From an uncultured Acidobacteriota bacterium (GTDB taxonomy: Bacteria; Acidobacteriota; Terriglobia; Acidiferrales; UBA7541), in assembly GCA_963788915.1 (NCBI GenBank), contig CAWBIY010000001.1, positions 16,470 through 80,469 of the forward strand: DNA of 64,000 bases, given 5' to 3'. The notes under the pieces are model-generated. The model had not been told where the DNA came from. It searched no databases and saw only the letters and a program-made list of their open reading frames with translations. The translations under genes and the position numbers were made by a program. This document shows positions 40,679 to 50,378 of the stretch, piece after piece; the first letter of the stretch is position 1, and each line of letters begins with the position of its first letter.

Positions 40679-40724
40679 TGGTTGCGGGGGTCAGATTTGA
40701 ACTGACGACCTTCGGGTTATGAGC
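40679..40724 (-). tRNA. 3' half (46 nt) of initiator tRNA-Met (CAT); att-site duplication, not a full gene
   Basis: GCTCATAACCCGAAGGTCGTCAGTTCAAATCTGACCCCCGCAACCA; the 5' half is absent. Confidence 0.9.
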
Positions 40725-41019
40725 AATGAGGCCCAACACTAAGTGCTTTCGAATCAATCGCCCCGAAGGCCCAAATTAGCTCCCATGACCGATTCTGGTC
40801 GGCGAAGTGCAATCGCGGAAAGGAGTTAGCTCGATCCAAAGTTTGTCCGCTTATCCGCAATTTGAGTGGTCTCCAAAAACCCGGTTTGGCAATTTGTTGG
40901 CACGCAGTGTCGGTTGGGTCCGTGCTGGTGGTGCGACTGGAGCATGAGAGGGAATCCGGTCCCGCCTTCATGCAATCGGTCGTTGTTGCTGTGTCTGGCC
41001 AAAAACTAGAATCACACAG

Positions 41020-41136
41020 AGCACGGTTAGTGCGATATTTTCGCGGTCGTTCGCCGAAGCGGCGAAGTTCCAGATTGGACATCTCGCGTAGGCGCTTCCG
41101 GAGTTCTTCGGGGCTTTCTGGTTTGAGGCTAATCAT
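41020..41136 (-). pseudogene. Small protein family copy 3, 3'-truncated
   Basis: MISLKPESPEELRKRLREMSNLELRRFGE; near-identical to copy 2 including upstream sequence. Confidence 0.6.
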
Positions 41137-41225
41137 TGAATCCTCCAGTTGGAGGAAACGGGAGGACAGGATAGCACTGCGGTGGTCAGCGGGAATGCTT
41201 ACAATCGAACGGTGGAGACAATAAA

Positions 41226-41750
41226 ATGCGAACCTTCCTGCGCGGACTTCTCACCGGGTCTTTGGTAGTTTCCGCTCTGGTTGCGATGCCGCAATCAAGA
41301 GAGCGAGAAACCCTCAACATCGGAACTGATTTAACTCTCGGAATGTCGGAAGACGCCGCAATCAAGAAACTTGCCGAGTCCGGTCAAAACCCTCGAAAGA
41401 TAGCAACGCCCCAAGGTTTGCGGGACAAGGGCATCACATCCGTGTGGGGCTTGGATGACGGCGTCATTTCGTTTGCGGCAGGGAAGTTGGCGATAATCAC
41501 GAAGCACCTGCTTCCATCGAACGGGGATGAAGTCGAGTTCGGCAGGCAGCTATACTTTGCGATGCGGGATTTGGAACTCGAAGGGGATTCTCATTGCTCG
41601 ATTGCAACGGAGGCCGCTGAGGTACCTGACTATTCCACGAAGACAAGCAAGCTACAGTGTGGGAAAAAGACCATCCTAATCGAATTGCGAAAGTTCCAGA
41701 AGAACGCTGAGACGGTTCAATTAGACGAGGGGTTAGGTGGGACGCCGTGA
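41226..41750 (+). CDS. Secreted hypothetical protein
   Basis: Signal peptide; 174 aa. Confidence 0.65.
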   Translation: MRTFLRGLLTGSLVVSALVAMPQSRERETLNIGTDLTLGMSEDAAIKKLAESGQNPRKIATPQGLRDKGITSVWGLDDGVISFAAGKLAIITKHLLPSNGDEVEFGRQLYFAMRDLELEGDSHCSIATEAAEVPDYSTKTSKLQCGKKTILIELRKFQKNAETVQLDEGLGGTP

Positions 41751-41906
41751 AGAGCCAAGGCTCTTGCTCAGATTGTTTCTTCTACTCTTGTTCGCCGCAA
41801 TCACTACGTCGGCACTGCTGCCACACCGCTAAGTCCGCAGAGACGGAGATTCCACGCGCTGCTGTGGAAGAGCTTTTCTCAGACGTTGGGAAGTTAAGGC
41901 AGGCTG

Positions 41907-42830
41907 CTAGTTTGGCGATTTTGGTCTGTCCTGAGGCAGACCGCGAAACAGGTCTGCATTAGGCAACTTCATAGCCGCGATAGTTTCAAAGATGTACTGC
42001 GCTGGTGTCATGCCAGACACATCGAAGCCTAGAAAAGATATGGATTGTAAGCCCAGCAACGCAACTCTGCCGCCGCCGAAGCTCGCATTGTTTGCACCCT
42101 CTGGGATGTAAAAAATTGGTGAACCACTGTTACGGGGCAGAAGGTTAATCGATAGGAACCACAATTTTATCTGCGTAGCTTCGCCATCTTTCACACAAGG
42201 GCAAGGCACCAGTTCGTCTGGTTTGATAGATAGCCGAATTTCAGAACCGGATAATTTCTCTTGACGCCAGGGTACGGCAGCAACAAACCAGCAGACATTA
42301 CTGGGTCGCTGGGAACTCGCTTATTCGCTTCTTCTTCTGTCGCAAAGTCTGAGATGCTAAGCGTTCTGATATCATAATCCTCTGTCATCTTTGGCTGCAA
42401 AAACACTACTGCAACATCAACGTTCTCATCAGTGTGATGCAGCCACGTTTCGTTCAAGACCAGTTTTACTGGTGAAAAATCAAGACCCGAATCGTCTTTC
42501 TTCGGGTCATAGGTTTTCTTGTTCATTCTCAGATAGAGCCATTGAGGTTGAGAATCTAGGCAGTGTGCCCAAGCGGGGTCAACGATGTGTCGGGCTGTTA
42601 TCAACAGAGTGTAGTGGCTGTTAGCGGAAGACTGCAGGGGAACGCTGACTAGGAAGCCCGTACCAAGTATGCGCTTCGGGTCTGCCTGTTTTCCTTCGTT
42701 GTCACCGCCATAGAGGTACACAACGGCCTTCATGATGCCTTCGGTGTTGGCGTTGACGCTAGCGGGCGCAGGCTGTCCAACCCAAAGAGCGAGGAACAGA
42801 AATAGAAACACTCTTTTCACGATACGGAGT
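41907..42830 (-). pseudogene. Trypsin-like (S1) serine protease, frameshifted near 42200
   Basis: GTGFLV, ITARH (His), VDVAVV (Asp), then in the next frame RNSGSP (Ser motif, G to R). Confidence 0.7.
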
Positions 42831-42972
42831 GATAACACACAACACATCGCACAACAAAGGCAAAATTCCCGGCCACTGCGAAGAGCAGCCGGGCCGATTC
42901 TTTTTAAGGTCCGTTTCTGGAAACGCAGCGTTGCGCGGCTGCACCCATAGGTGAGCGAATCCATCAAGCAGT

Positions 42973-43155
42973 TCATTTCGCGGGATAGTTCTTCTCGATC
43001 TTCCGCATGATCTCTTCCGCCTTGCTGATCGCGTCGGTGATGATGATCTCCCGCGCCGGGCAAGGCCGCGTGATTCCTTGAGCTTCCAGTTCTGAGAATT
43101 TGCGGGCGGCTAAAATCGTGGCCGCGAACAGTACGGCGAACTTGCGGTCTTCCAT
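42973..43155 (-). CDS. Small hypothetical protein preceded by a LexA-type box
   Basis: RKFAVLFAATILAARK...DAISKAEEIMRKIE. Confidence 0.6.
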   Translation of the reverse strand: MEDRKFAVLFAATILAARKFSELEAQGITRPCPAREIIITDAISKAEEIMRKIEKNYPAK

Positions 43156-43174
43156 GACGACCGCATCCTATCAT

Positions 43175-43189
43175 GTTCGCCTTTTGTTC
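43175..43189. promoter_or_regulatory. Acidobacterial/alphaproteobacterial LexA (SOS) box
   Basis: GTTC-GCCTTTT-GTTC, 20 nt upstream of ATG 43155. Confidence 0.6.
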
Positions 43190-43353
43190 GCCACAGTCAA
43201 TCTTTCACGAGGACCCAGCGTGCTGTTCGAACTGAAGCATCGGCTTCCGTTCGCTAGCACATCCGCATCACGCAGCTTTATCTTGCAGAGACGGATCGAT
43301 ACTCGTCTGACCCCATATTGACAGGCCGAAACGAACAGCGTAACGTTACACCG

Positions 43354-43371
43354 TATTCGCGTATGCGAATA
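43354..43371. promoter_or_regulatory. Palindrome TATTCGC-N4-GCGAATA, candidate ArsR operator (also 44290-44307 and 47913-47932)
   Basis: Three copies, each in a promoter region of the ars/pstS cluster. Confidence 0.6.
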
Positions 43372-43414
43372 TAGAAATGGTTCCCACCGTTGAACGCTAG
43401 GCAGGTGAAATCTT

Positions 43415-43933
43415 ATGGTGCAACGTTACAACGTGCTCTTCCTGTGTACGGGAAACTCGGCTCGTTCGATCATGGCCGAAGCGATCATGAACTATAAGGG
43501 GCGACCTAACTTTATCGCCCACAGTGCAGGAAGTCATCCCACCGGTTCCGTTCATCCGCAGGCCATCCGACAACTTGAAATGGCTCATCTGTCCACAGTT
43601 GGCCTACGCAGTAAAGACTGGCTGGAATTTGCCGAACCCGGTTCGCCAGAATTGCACTTCGTGTTCACGGTTTGTGACTCCGCCGCGCAAGAGGGTTGCC
43701 CAGTATGGCCGGGTCAGCCGATGACTGCTCATTGGGGGGTGCCTGACCCCGCTGCCGTCAAGGGAACCCCGGAGCAGATTGAACGTGCTTTTCGCGATGC
43801 CTTTATGATTCTCGACCGCAGAATTTCGCTGCTCTTGTGCTTGCCGCTCGTTAGTCTGGACAAACTCGCCATCCAGAAGGAGATCGACCGAATTGGCAAG
43901 CAAACGGACACTGCCGCATCGGCAAAGTCCTAG
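43415..43933 (+). CDS. arsC: Arsenate reductase, LMW-PTP (thioredoxin) type
   Basis: LFLCTGNSARS, TVCD..A...CP.WPG, HWG..DP. Confidence 0.92.
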   Translation: MVQRYNVLFLCTGNSARSIMAEAIMNYKGRPNFIAHSAGSHPTGSVHPQAIRQLEMAHLSTVGLRSKDWLEFAEPGSPELHFVFTVCDSAAQEGCPVWPGQPMTAHWGVPDPAAVKGTPEQIERAFRDAFMILDRRISLLLCLPLVSLDKLAIQKEIDRIGKQTDTAASAKS

Positions 43934-44280
43934 CGAGGGCAGCAACCGCCTGAGCGCCTGAGCTTCGCCGCACCTTTTGTGTCCCGACCCATCTCAGGAA
44001 CGGAGCCGAAACAATCTCCAAGGCAGTCCAAGAGCTTGCGATGGAACACAGACTTGGGGGAAGACAGCTTGTAGAAGTTCCATAAGCCATTCTTTCGAGT
44101 CGTCACCAACCCTGTTTTGCGGAGATAAGCGAGATGCCGGGAGGCGGTTGGCTGAGGAACGCGGAGAATCGTCACGAGATCGCCGACGCAAAACTCTCCA
44201 TCCCGCAGCAGATGCAGGATGCGAAGCCGCGTTGGATCGGAAAACGCTCGAAACATAATATTGACTTGAGTTCTCGCCAT
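43930..44280 (-). CDS. arsR: ArsR/SmtB-family repressor
   Basis: FRAFSDPTRLRILHLL...CVGDL...SRHLAYLR; C-terminal CC. Confidence 0.9.
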   Translation of the reverse strand: MARTQVNIMFRAFSDPTRLRILHLLRDGEFCVGDLVTILRVPQPTASRHLAYLRKTGLVTTRKNGLWNFYKLSSPKSVFHRKLLDCLGDCFGSVPEMGRDTKGAAKLRRSGGCCPR

Positions 44281-44330
44281 TAGCTTATATATTCGCCTTC
44301 GCGATTGTATCTGACACCGGGAGATTTTCG

Positions 44331-45080
44331 TTGAGTAACGCCAAAGCCAGCCCGCAGTCTAAACCAAGTGTCGCCCTGGCCAAACGAGTAACCTCCGAAG
44401 CGCTGGGCACGGGGCTTCTCGTGGCAACGGTCGTCGGGTCTGGCATCATGGCCGAACGGCTTTGCGGTGGAAACGTCGGTCTGGCTTTGCTGGCGAACAC
44501 CTTGGCAACAGGCGCGGCACTAATCGCGCTGATTCTGACATTCGGCCCCATTTCCGGGGCTCACTTCAATCCGGTCGTAACCATTGCGGACGCTCTAGAG
44601 CGCGGGATCACATGGAGCGAGGTCCCTGCCTACATCGTCGCGCAAGTCCTAGGTGGCATAGGTGGAACGGTGTGTGCGCACATGATGTTTGGACTGCCTG
44701 TGGTTACTCTGTCGCAGCACGCTCGCAGCGGCCCGGCGCAAATCTTTAGTGAATTTGTTGCGACATTTGGATTGTTATCCGTGATTTGGGGGTGTTCGCG
44801 GTTTCGTTCCAGCGTTGTTGCGTTCGCCGTTGGAAGCTACATTACGGCTGCCTACTGGTTCACAGCTTCGACTTCGTTCGCCAATCCTGCAGTAACGATA
44901 GCGAGAGCCCTGAGTGATACTTTCGCCGGGATCAGGCCAGCCGATGTTGGAGGATTCATTCTCGCGCAGCTCGTTGGAGGAATCGCTGCCACGCTGCTGT
45001 TCCGGTGGCTGGCCCCTGGGCTTGTCGCTGACGCGGAAGCTGTGGTGATTCCTCACGGCGCAACTAGGGAGATCGATTGA
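44331..45080 (+). CDS. MIP/aquaporin-family channel in an ars operon (AqpS-like arsenite channel)
   Basis: SGAHFNP.VT and SFANPAVT (NPA-like) motifs. Confidence 0.88.
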   Translation: MSNAKASPQSKPSVALAKRVTSEALGTGLLVATVVGSGIMAERLCGGNVGLALLANTLATGAALIALILTFGPISGAHFNPVVTIADALERGITWSEVPAYIVAQVLGGIGGTVCAHMMFGLPVVTLSQHARSGPAQIFSEFVATFGLLSVIWGCSRFRSSVVAFAVGSYITAAYWFTASTSFANPAVTIARALSDTFAGIRPADVGGFILAQLVGGIAATLLFRWLAPGLVADAEAVVIPHGATREID

Positions 45081-45487
45081 GCATGGACATCGTCTTGTTT
45101 GCTTGCGTGCATAATGCTGGACGTTCACAAATGGCGGCAGCTTGGTTTAATCGGCTGGCTGACCCTACAAAAGCCAGAGCCATCTCAGCGGGAACGCAGC
45201 CAGGTCAACGAGTCCATCCAGAGGTAGTGCAAGCCATGCGTGAGGCGGGCATCGACCTCTCCGCTTTGAAGCCACAATTGTTAACAGAAGAACTGGCCAA
45301 ACAAGCAACCCTGCTCGTCACGATGGGATGTGGTGATGCCTGTCCTTTCGTTCCTGGTTTTAAAAAGATCGATTGGGACCTTCGCGATCCCAAAAATCAG
45401 TCAATTGTCGTAGTTCGTCAAATTCGGGATCAAATCTATCAGCAGGTCTTCCAGCTAGTCTCGGAAAGAAACTGGGCTAAACCATAA
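45077..45487 (+). CDS. arsC: Arsenate reductase, LMW-PTP type (second copy)
   Basis: LFACVHNAGRSQMA, TMGCGDACP. Confidence 0.92.
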   Translation: MSMDIVLFACVHNAGRSQMAAAWFNRLADPTKARAISAGTQPGQRVHPEVVQAMREAGIDLSALKPQLLTEELAKQATLLVTMGCGDACPFVPGFKKIDWDLRDPKNQSIVVVRQIRDQIYQQVFQLVSERNWAKP

Positions 45488-45525
45488 GCCTTGACATCTT
45501 TCTATATTTCCAGTAGTGTGGAAAT

Positions 45526-45870
45526 ATGAAGCGACCAGACCTATCCGAAGTAGCAAGATTTGCCGACATGTTCTCGGCGATGGGCACAGAAGCCCGTCTT
45601 CGCATCATGCAACTTCTAATGACAGCAGAGCCTGTCGGACTTGTTGTCGGCGACATTCAATCAGAGTTGGAAATTCCAAACTCCACGCTGTCCCATCACC
45701 TGGACAAACTCAAGAACGAAGGTCTCGTCACGGTGCGCCGTGAGGGAACCTACTTGTGGTACCGCGCAAACACAGACGCGCTCAAAGACCTTCTCGGGTT
45801 TCTGTACGCCGAGTGCTGCACTCGCAATCGGGTCGTCGCACCGAAAGAAATCATCTCAATTTCAAAGTGA
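45526..45870 (+). CDS. arsR: ArsR-family repressor (C-terminal ECC type)
   Basis: RLRIMQLL...STLSHHL..L...GLV...FLYAECC. Confidence 0.9.
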   Translation: MKRPDLSEVARFADMFSAMGTEARLRIMQLLMTAEPVGLVVGDIQSELEIPNSTLSHHLDKLKNEGLVTVRREGTYLWYRANTDALKDLLGFLYAECCTRNRVVAPKEIISISK

Positions 45871-45883
45871 AAAGGAGAACCCA

Positions 45884-46747
45884 ATGAGTTCGGATATCAA
45901 GACAGTTGTGAAAGAGAAATACGGCGCAGCCGCAACACGCGCTGCTTCGGGGCTAGGCTCCTCATGTTGTGGCACGAGTCCCGCGTCCACCATCGAAGGA
46001 TGCGACCCGATCACGTCCAATCTGTATGGCGAAGGTGAAGCTGGCTCCGTTCCAGAAGCCGCCCTTCGAGCCTCTCTAGGCTGCGGCAACCCCACTGCAC
46101 TCGCGAAACTTGAACCTGGCGAAACTGTTCTCGACCTCGGGTCTGGCGGCGGCATTGACGTTCTTCTTTCCGCTAAGCGCGTCGGTCCCACAGGTAAGGC
46201 TTACGGGCTTGATATGACCGATGAAATGCTCGCGCTCGCCGCAGAAAACAAACGCAAATCGGGGCTCACCAATGTGGAGTTCCTCAAGGGCGAAATAGAA
46301 AACGTCCCACTGCCCGACAACACAGTGGACGTAATCATCTCGAACTGCGTCATCAATCTTTCGGGCGACAAGGATCGGGTACTCCGCGAAGCCTTCCGTG
46401 TCCTGAAGCCGGGTGGTCGCTTCGCAATCTCGGATGTCGTGGTGCGTGGCGAAGTGCCAGAGCAAATTCGGAAAAGCATGGAATTGTGGGTTGGGTGCGT
46501 GGCCGGCGCTTTGTCCGACACCGAGTATCAGGAGAAGCTCGCTGCGGCGGGATTCGAGTCCATCGACATTGAAGCCACACGCGTGTACAACGTGGATGAT
46601 GCGAGCGAATTTCTCCGTGCGGCGGGCATCGATGCGGCAACGATTGCCCCCAAGGTACAGGACAAGTTCATCAGCGCGTTTGTACGTGCCAAGAAGCCCG
46701 TAGCAGCGCAGGCATGCTGCGGTCCGACGTGCTGTGCGGCAAGCTAA
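45884..46747 (+). CDS. arsM: Arsenite S-adenosylmethionine methyltransferase
   Basis: [30 protein letters not shown]; terminal CCGPTCC. Confidence 0.93.
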   Translation: MSSDIKTVVKEKYGAAATRAASGLGSSCCGTSPASTIEGCDPITSNLYGEGEAGSVPEAALRASLGCGNPTALAKLEPGETVLDLGSGGGIDVLLSAKRVGPTGKAYGLDMTDEMLALAAENKRKSGLTNVEFLKGEIENVPLPDNTVDVIISNCVINLSGDKDRVLREAFRVLKPGGRFAISDVVVRGEVPEQIRKSMELWVGCVAGALSDTEYQEKLAAAGFESIDIEATRVYNVDDASEFLRAAGIDAATIAPKVQDKFISAFVRAKKPVAAQACCGPTCCAAS

Positions 46748-46748
46748 G

Positions 46749-47852
46749 TCATTTGAGAGGTTGGCCCGCCACCGTTAGACCTGTCAGCAAGCTGAGGTCT
46801 TGCTGTTGCAGGGACTTCGGCAGCTTCGCGTAGTCAAGACTCTCGGCGGAATCTTGGCCTGTAGTGACAGCGTACTGCACGAAGTCTCTAACGGCGCGGC
46901 GCTCGTCGGGGTCAGAGCCATCCTTAGGAACGAGCAAGAACGTCAAACCCGACATTGGATAGGCGTCTTTGGCTGTCGCAGGTGGGTCTACAATCGGTGT
47001 GCGAGCATCTTTCGACAAGGCATCGCTAAACGCTTCAATCGCGGCGGTCGTGCTGGACGGAGCAGGAGCGACAAAAGTTCCGGCGCGATTCTGCACTAGC
47101 GCGACCGGAAGGTTGTTTTCTTTAGCGTAATTCAGTTCCGCGTAACCGATAGTGCCGGAATTCTGTTTCACGAAGTCGATTACGCCTTTGCTGCCGTCCG
47201 CTCCAATACCAACAGGCCACGACACCGACAGCCCTTGGCCCGCCTTTCGCGACCAGTCTGGACTGACTTTAGCGAGGTAACTGCTGAGAATACTAGTCGT
47301 GCCGCTGCCATCCGACCGATGTACGACGATGATTGCGGCTATCGGCAACTTGACTCCCGGATTGTCCTTCTCAATCGCAGGGTCTTGCCAGCTAATGATG
47401 GTACCTAGAAAAATTCCCGCTAGAGTCGAAGCACTGAAACGAAGGGGGCTCTTCATCTCAGGCAGATTGTAGATGGCGCAGACTGGTCCTGCGGTCACCG
47501 GAACTTGGATGACCGGATACATTTGGCTGATCTGGTTGTCACTGAGCGGCGCATCGCTAGCAGCGATCTCTAGAATGCTTTTTCGTAGTTCACTGAGTCC
47601 CGCACCGCTTCCAATGGGTCGGTAGTTAATCATCGTGCTAGGGTGGACTTGCTGATACGTCTTGATCCAGTTTGTCATGATCGGAGCGATGAACGTGCTT
47701 CCCGCCGCACCGATGGCGGTCTTCACCGTAGTGGAGGTCGCGAAGTCTTTCTCCGCGACCGCTTCTTCGCCTCTTGAGTTACAGGCGACGAGCGAGAAAG
47801 AAGTTAGGACAAGATAAGCGACAACAAATATGGACGCTTTCCGATTTGGCAT
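46749..47852 (-). CDS. pstS: Phosphate ABC transporter substrate-binding lipoprotein (orphan)
   Basis: Lipobox SLVAC; GAAGSTF, GSGAG, RSDGSGTT, YP..GLT. Confidence 0.92.
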   Translation of the reverse strand: MPNRKASIFVVAYLVLTSFSLVACNSRGEEAVAEKDFATSTTVKTAIGAAGSTFIAPIMTNWIKTYQQVHPSTMINYRPIGSGAGLSELRKSILEIAASDAPLSDNQISQMYPVIQVPVTAGPVCAIYNLPEMKSPLRFSASTLAGIFLGTIISWQDPAIEKDNPGVKLPIAAIIVVHRSDGSGTTSILSSYLAKVSPDWSRKAGQGLSVSWPVGIGADGSKGVIDFVKQNSGTIGYAELNYAKENNLPVALVQNRAGTFVAPAPSSTTAAIEAFSDALSKDARTPIVDPPATAKDAYPMSGLTFLLVPKDGSDPDERRAVRDFVQYAVTTGQDSAESLDYAKLPKSLQQQDLSLLTGLTVAGQPLK

Positions 47853-48028
47853 TGCAAACCTCCTCGGCAGGACCCCAGTCGCGAGGCACTGCCAGCGACG
47901 GGCATAATACATATATTCGCCTCAGCGAATATTAAAGGTATGTTACAGAGCGGCGCAGCCCGTGGAGTTTATTTCGAATGCTCACCGAACCTACGAGATT
48001 GGACTGCCTTATTTGATAAAATAGAAGC

Positions 48029-48637
48029 GTGCTTCCGTCGATTTCACCCTCCAAGCTCGCTAGATCGCTCGAACCCTTCGATGATCCGGCGTGGCTCTTC
48101 GAACTGAAGCACGACGGATTCCGGTCCCTCGCCTACATCGGGGACGGTAAATGCCGCTTGGTCTCACGGCATCGGAACGTTTACAAGAGCTTCGAGACCC
48201 TCCGAGATGCCCTGTCCAGTCTCAAGGCGAAGACTGCGATCTTAGACGGAGAGATCGTCGCCCTCGATACCAGCGGTGTGAGCCAATTCAAGGGGCTTCT
48301 ATATCGTCGCGGGAGAGCAGTGTTCTTCGCGTTCGATCTTGTATGGCTGGACGGCGTGGACTTGCGCCAGACTCCACTCATCGAGCGTAAAAAGAAACTG
48401 CGGAAGCTCATCGAGCGCAGCCAGTGCTCTGAGGTTCTTTACGCGCAGCACATCGAGCGGAATGGCAAGCTGCTCTTCGAGGAAGTTTGCGAACGGAATC
48501 TAGAGGGGATGGTCGCCAAGAGGCGGATGAGCGTGTACGCGGAGCATGGCTGGCTCAAGATCAAGAATACGAAGTATACGCAGGCGGAAGGGCGGAACGA
48601 TATGTTCAAGACGTTTCAACGACGTACGCTCCCCTGA
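48029..48637 (+). CDS. ATP-dependent DNA ligase adenylation domain (LigD-ligase-like, no OB domain)
   Basis: FELKHDGFR (KxDG), ILDGEIV, FAFDL, EGMVAK, WLKIK. Confidence 0.85.
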   Translation: MLPSISPSKLARSLEPFDDPAWLFELKHDGFRSLAYIGDGKCRLVSRHRNVYKSFETLRDALSSLKAKTAILDGEIVALDTSGVSQFKGLLYRRGRAVFFAFDLVWLDGVDLRQTPLIERKKKLRKLIERSQCSEVLYAQHIERNGKLLFEEVCERNLEGMVAKRRMSVYAEHGWLKIKNTKYTQAEGRNDMFKTFQRRTLP

Positions 48638-49034
48638 TGGCGTTGCCAGTTTCACGCAGCGTCAGTATAAAGACATGATTGAGGAACAGGCGACCACGAA
48701 CGGCTAAGTCTTTCTAGGATTGCTGCACGCGCATCCGCAATCTTGAGAGTCATTGTAGCGGCAATTGCGGAGAAGAATGCCGTTCGCCAAACGGACGAGG
48801 AGCTATCGCTCATAAAGCCTTCTTTCAGAGTTCCGAGTTCAGCTTAACCGTACGCCAACGTACAGCAAATAGATACCTGCAACAGGCCGCCCGTTTCCGC
48901 CCATAAACCTTGAAGAAACTGGGAGCCGCAAGGCCGCGTTGAGTAGCCGAAATCTGCTGCTATCTAACGTACGGTATCGTACAATCCCCCCAGTAAAAAA
49001 CCGCAATATTGAGCAAGCAAGAAATCGGAGGTCC

Positions 49035-49751
49035 ATGAAAAACATCATTGGTGGACACCGTCTGAAAAACACAATCTTGCTCGCGCTTCCAGATAGCGAG
49101 CGTGCCGCGATTTTCCCCAAGCCAGAATTTGTGTCGTTGCCCTCACTCACCGTACTGGCCGAGAAGGGAGCACCCATAAAGTTCGCCTATTTCGTGAATG
49201 CTGGTTTAGCCTCCATCGTTAGCAATATGGCCAACAATAAGACGATAGAGGTGGGCGTGTGCGGAACGGAAGGTTTCGTCGGACTGCCTCTGACGGTGGG
49301 ATTCTCAACTAGCTACTCGCGTGCTTATGCAGGTAGTAGGAAACGCTTTCAGAATAAACGCCAAAGATCTTGTCCTCATCCTTCGGCAGTGTCCAAGTCT
49401 TGCGATTTCGTTGCAAAGATTCTCGCAAGAAATAGCATTGCAATCGGCTCAGCTGGCGGCGTGTAATCGTCAGCATAATGTGGACGAGAGGCTGGCCAGA
49501 TGGCTTCTGATGTCACAAGAACGCTTACGGGGCGACTCTATACCACTTACCTAAGAAGCCTTCTCTCACATACTCGGTACTCGCAGGCCACTGTTACCGA
49601 ATCTTTAAGCGCCCTGCAAAGAGCCGGGCTCATTACTTGCAAGCGCGGCACTGTAAAGATTGCAAATCGCCTTCGCCTAGAAGAAGCTGCGTGCGAGTGC
49701 TACGAAACAATGACTCGCCAAGTCAAAAAGTGGCACGTCGAGACCGCGTAA
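49035..49751 (+). pseudogene. Crp/Fnr-family regulator split by frameshifts
   Basis: N..L.ALP...YF...G.AS...EVG..G.EG in frame 1; AACNRQH.V.ERLARWLLM in frame 2; HTH tail in frame 3. Confidence 0.85.
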
Positions 49752-50177
49752 CTAGACGGGACTATTTCACCTAACCGCCAATGCACGACGCAGCGTTTCT
49801 TTCAGTCCTTGCGGCTTGAGCACAAGAGCGTTCCAAAGCGAACAGTTTTGTTGCTTCCTGCATGCCATCCTCTTTGAGATGAAGATCGGAGACCTGACCA
49901 AAAAACAATTGTCCGCTGTTCCTTGCCGACGTGTGGCGTTCCTGTCGGGAGCCGTTGTCTACTATATTCGGGTGGCCTACGCATCGAACCGCACACGAAC
50001 AGGAAGCTTAATGCGTCGGAAGTTAACGAACGGGAAGAAGGTCGCATGAAAACGCGACGCTAGCCGAGGGTCTGCAACTACCTGAAAGACCCGATTGTCT
50101 TTTTAAATTTCTATTGGTACGGTACCGTACTCGCGGTGCTCTCCAGCGTTTTGGCTGTCACCCGTCCGAGGTGACAG

Positions 50178-50369
50178 ATGCCCAGGTAGGTTCTGCTTTG
50201 TGGGAGATGCGGTCAAGAATTTGCGCATTCTCAAATTAGCGACGTGGGGATGTACAGCATATTCTGGACCGCAAAACCAGAAGTTCCGGAAACTGGCGTT
50301 GCGTGCGTCTGCCCAATGTGTGGACACAGCGGAATATATAAGCGCACGGATCTTTTGTATCGAGCTTAA
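50178..50369 (+). pseudogene. Small zinc-ribbon protein with TAG at codon 4
   Basis: MPR*VLLCGRCGQEFAHSQI...KPE.PETG..C.CPMCGHSGIYKRTDL.YR*. Confidence 0.5.
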
Positions 50370-50378
50370 AATCGATCT

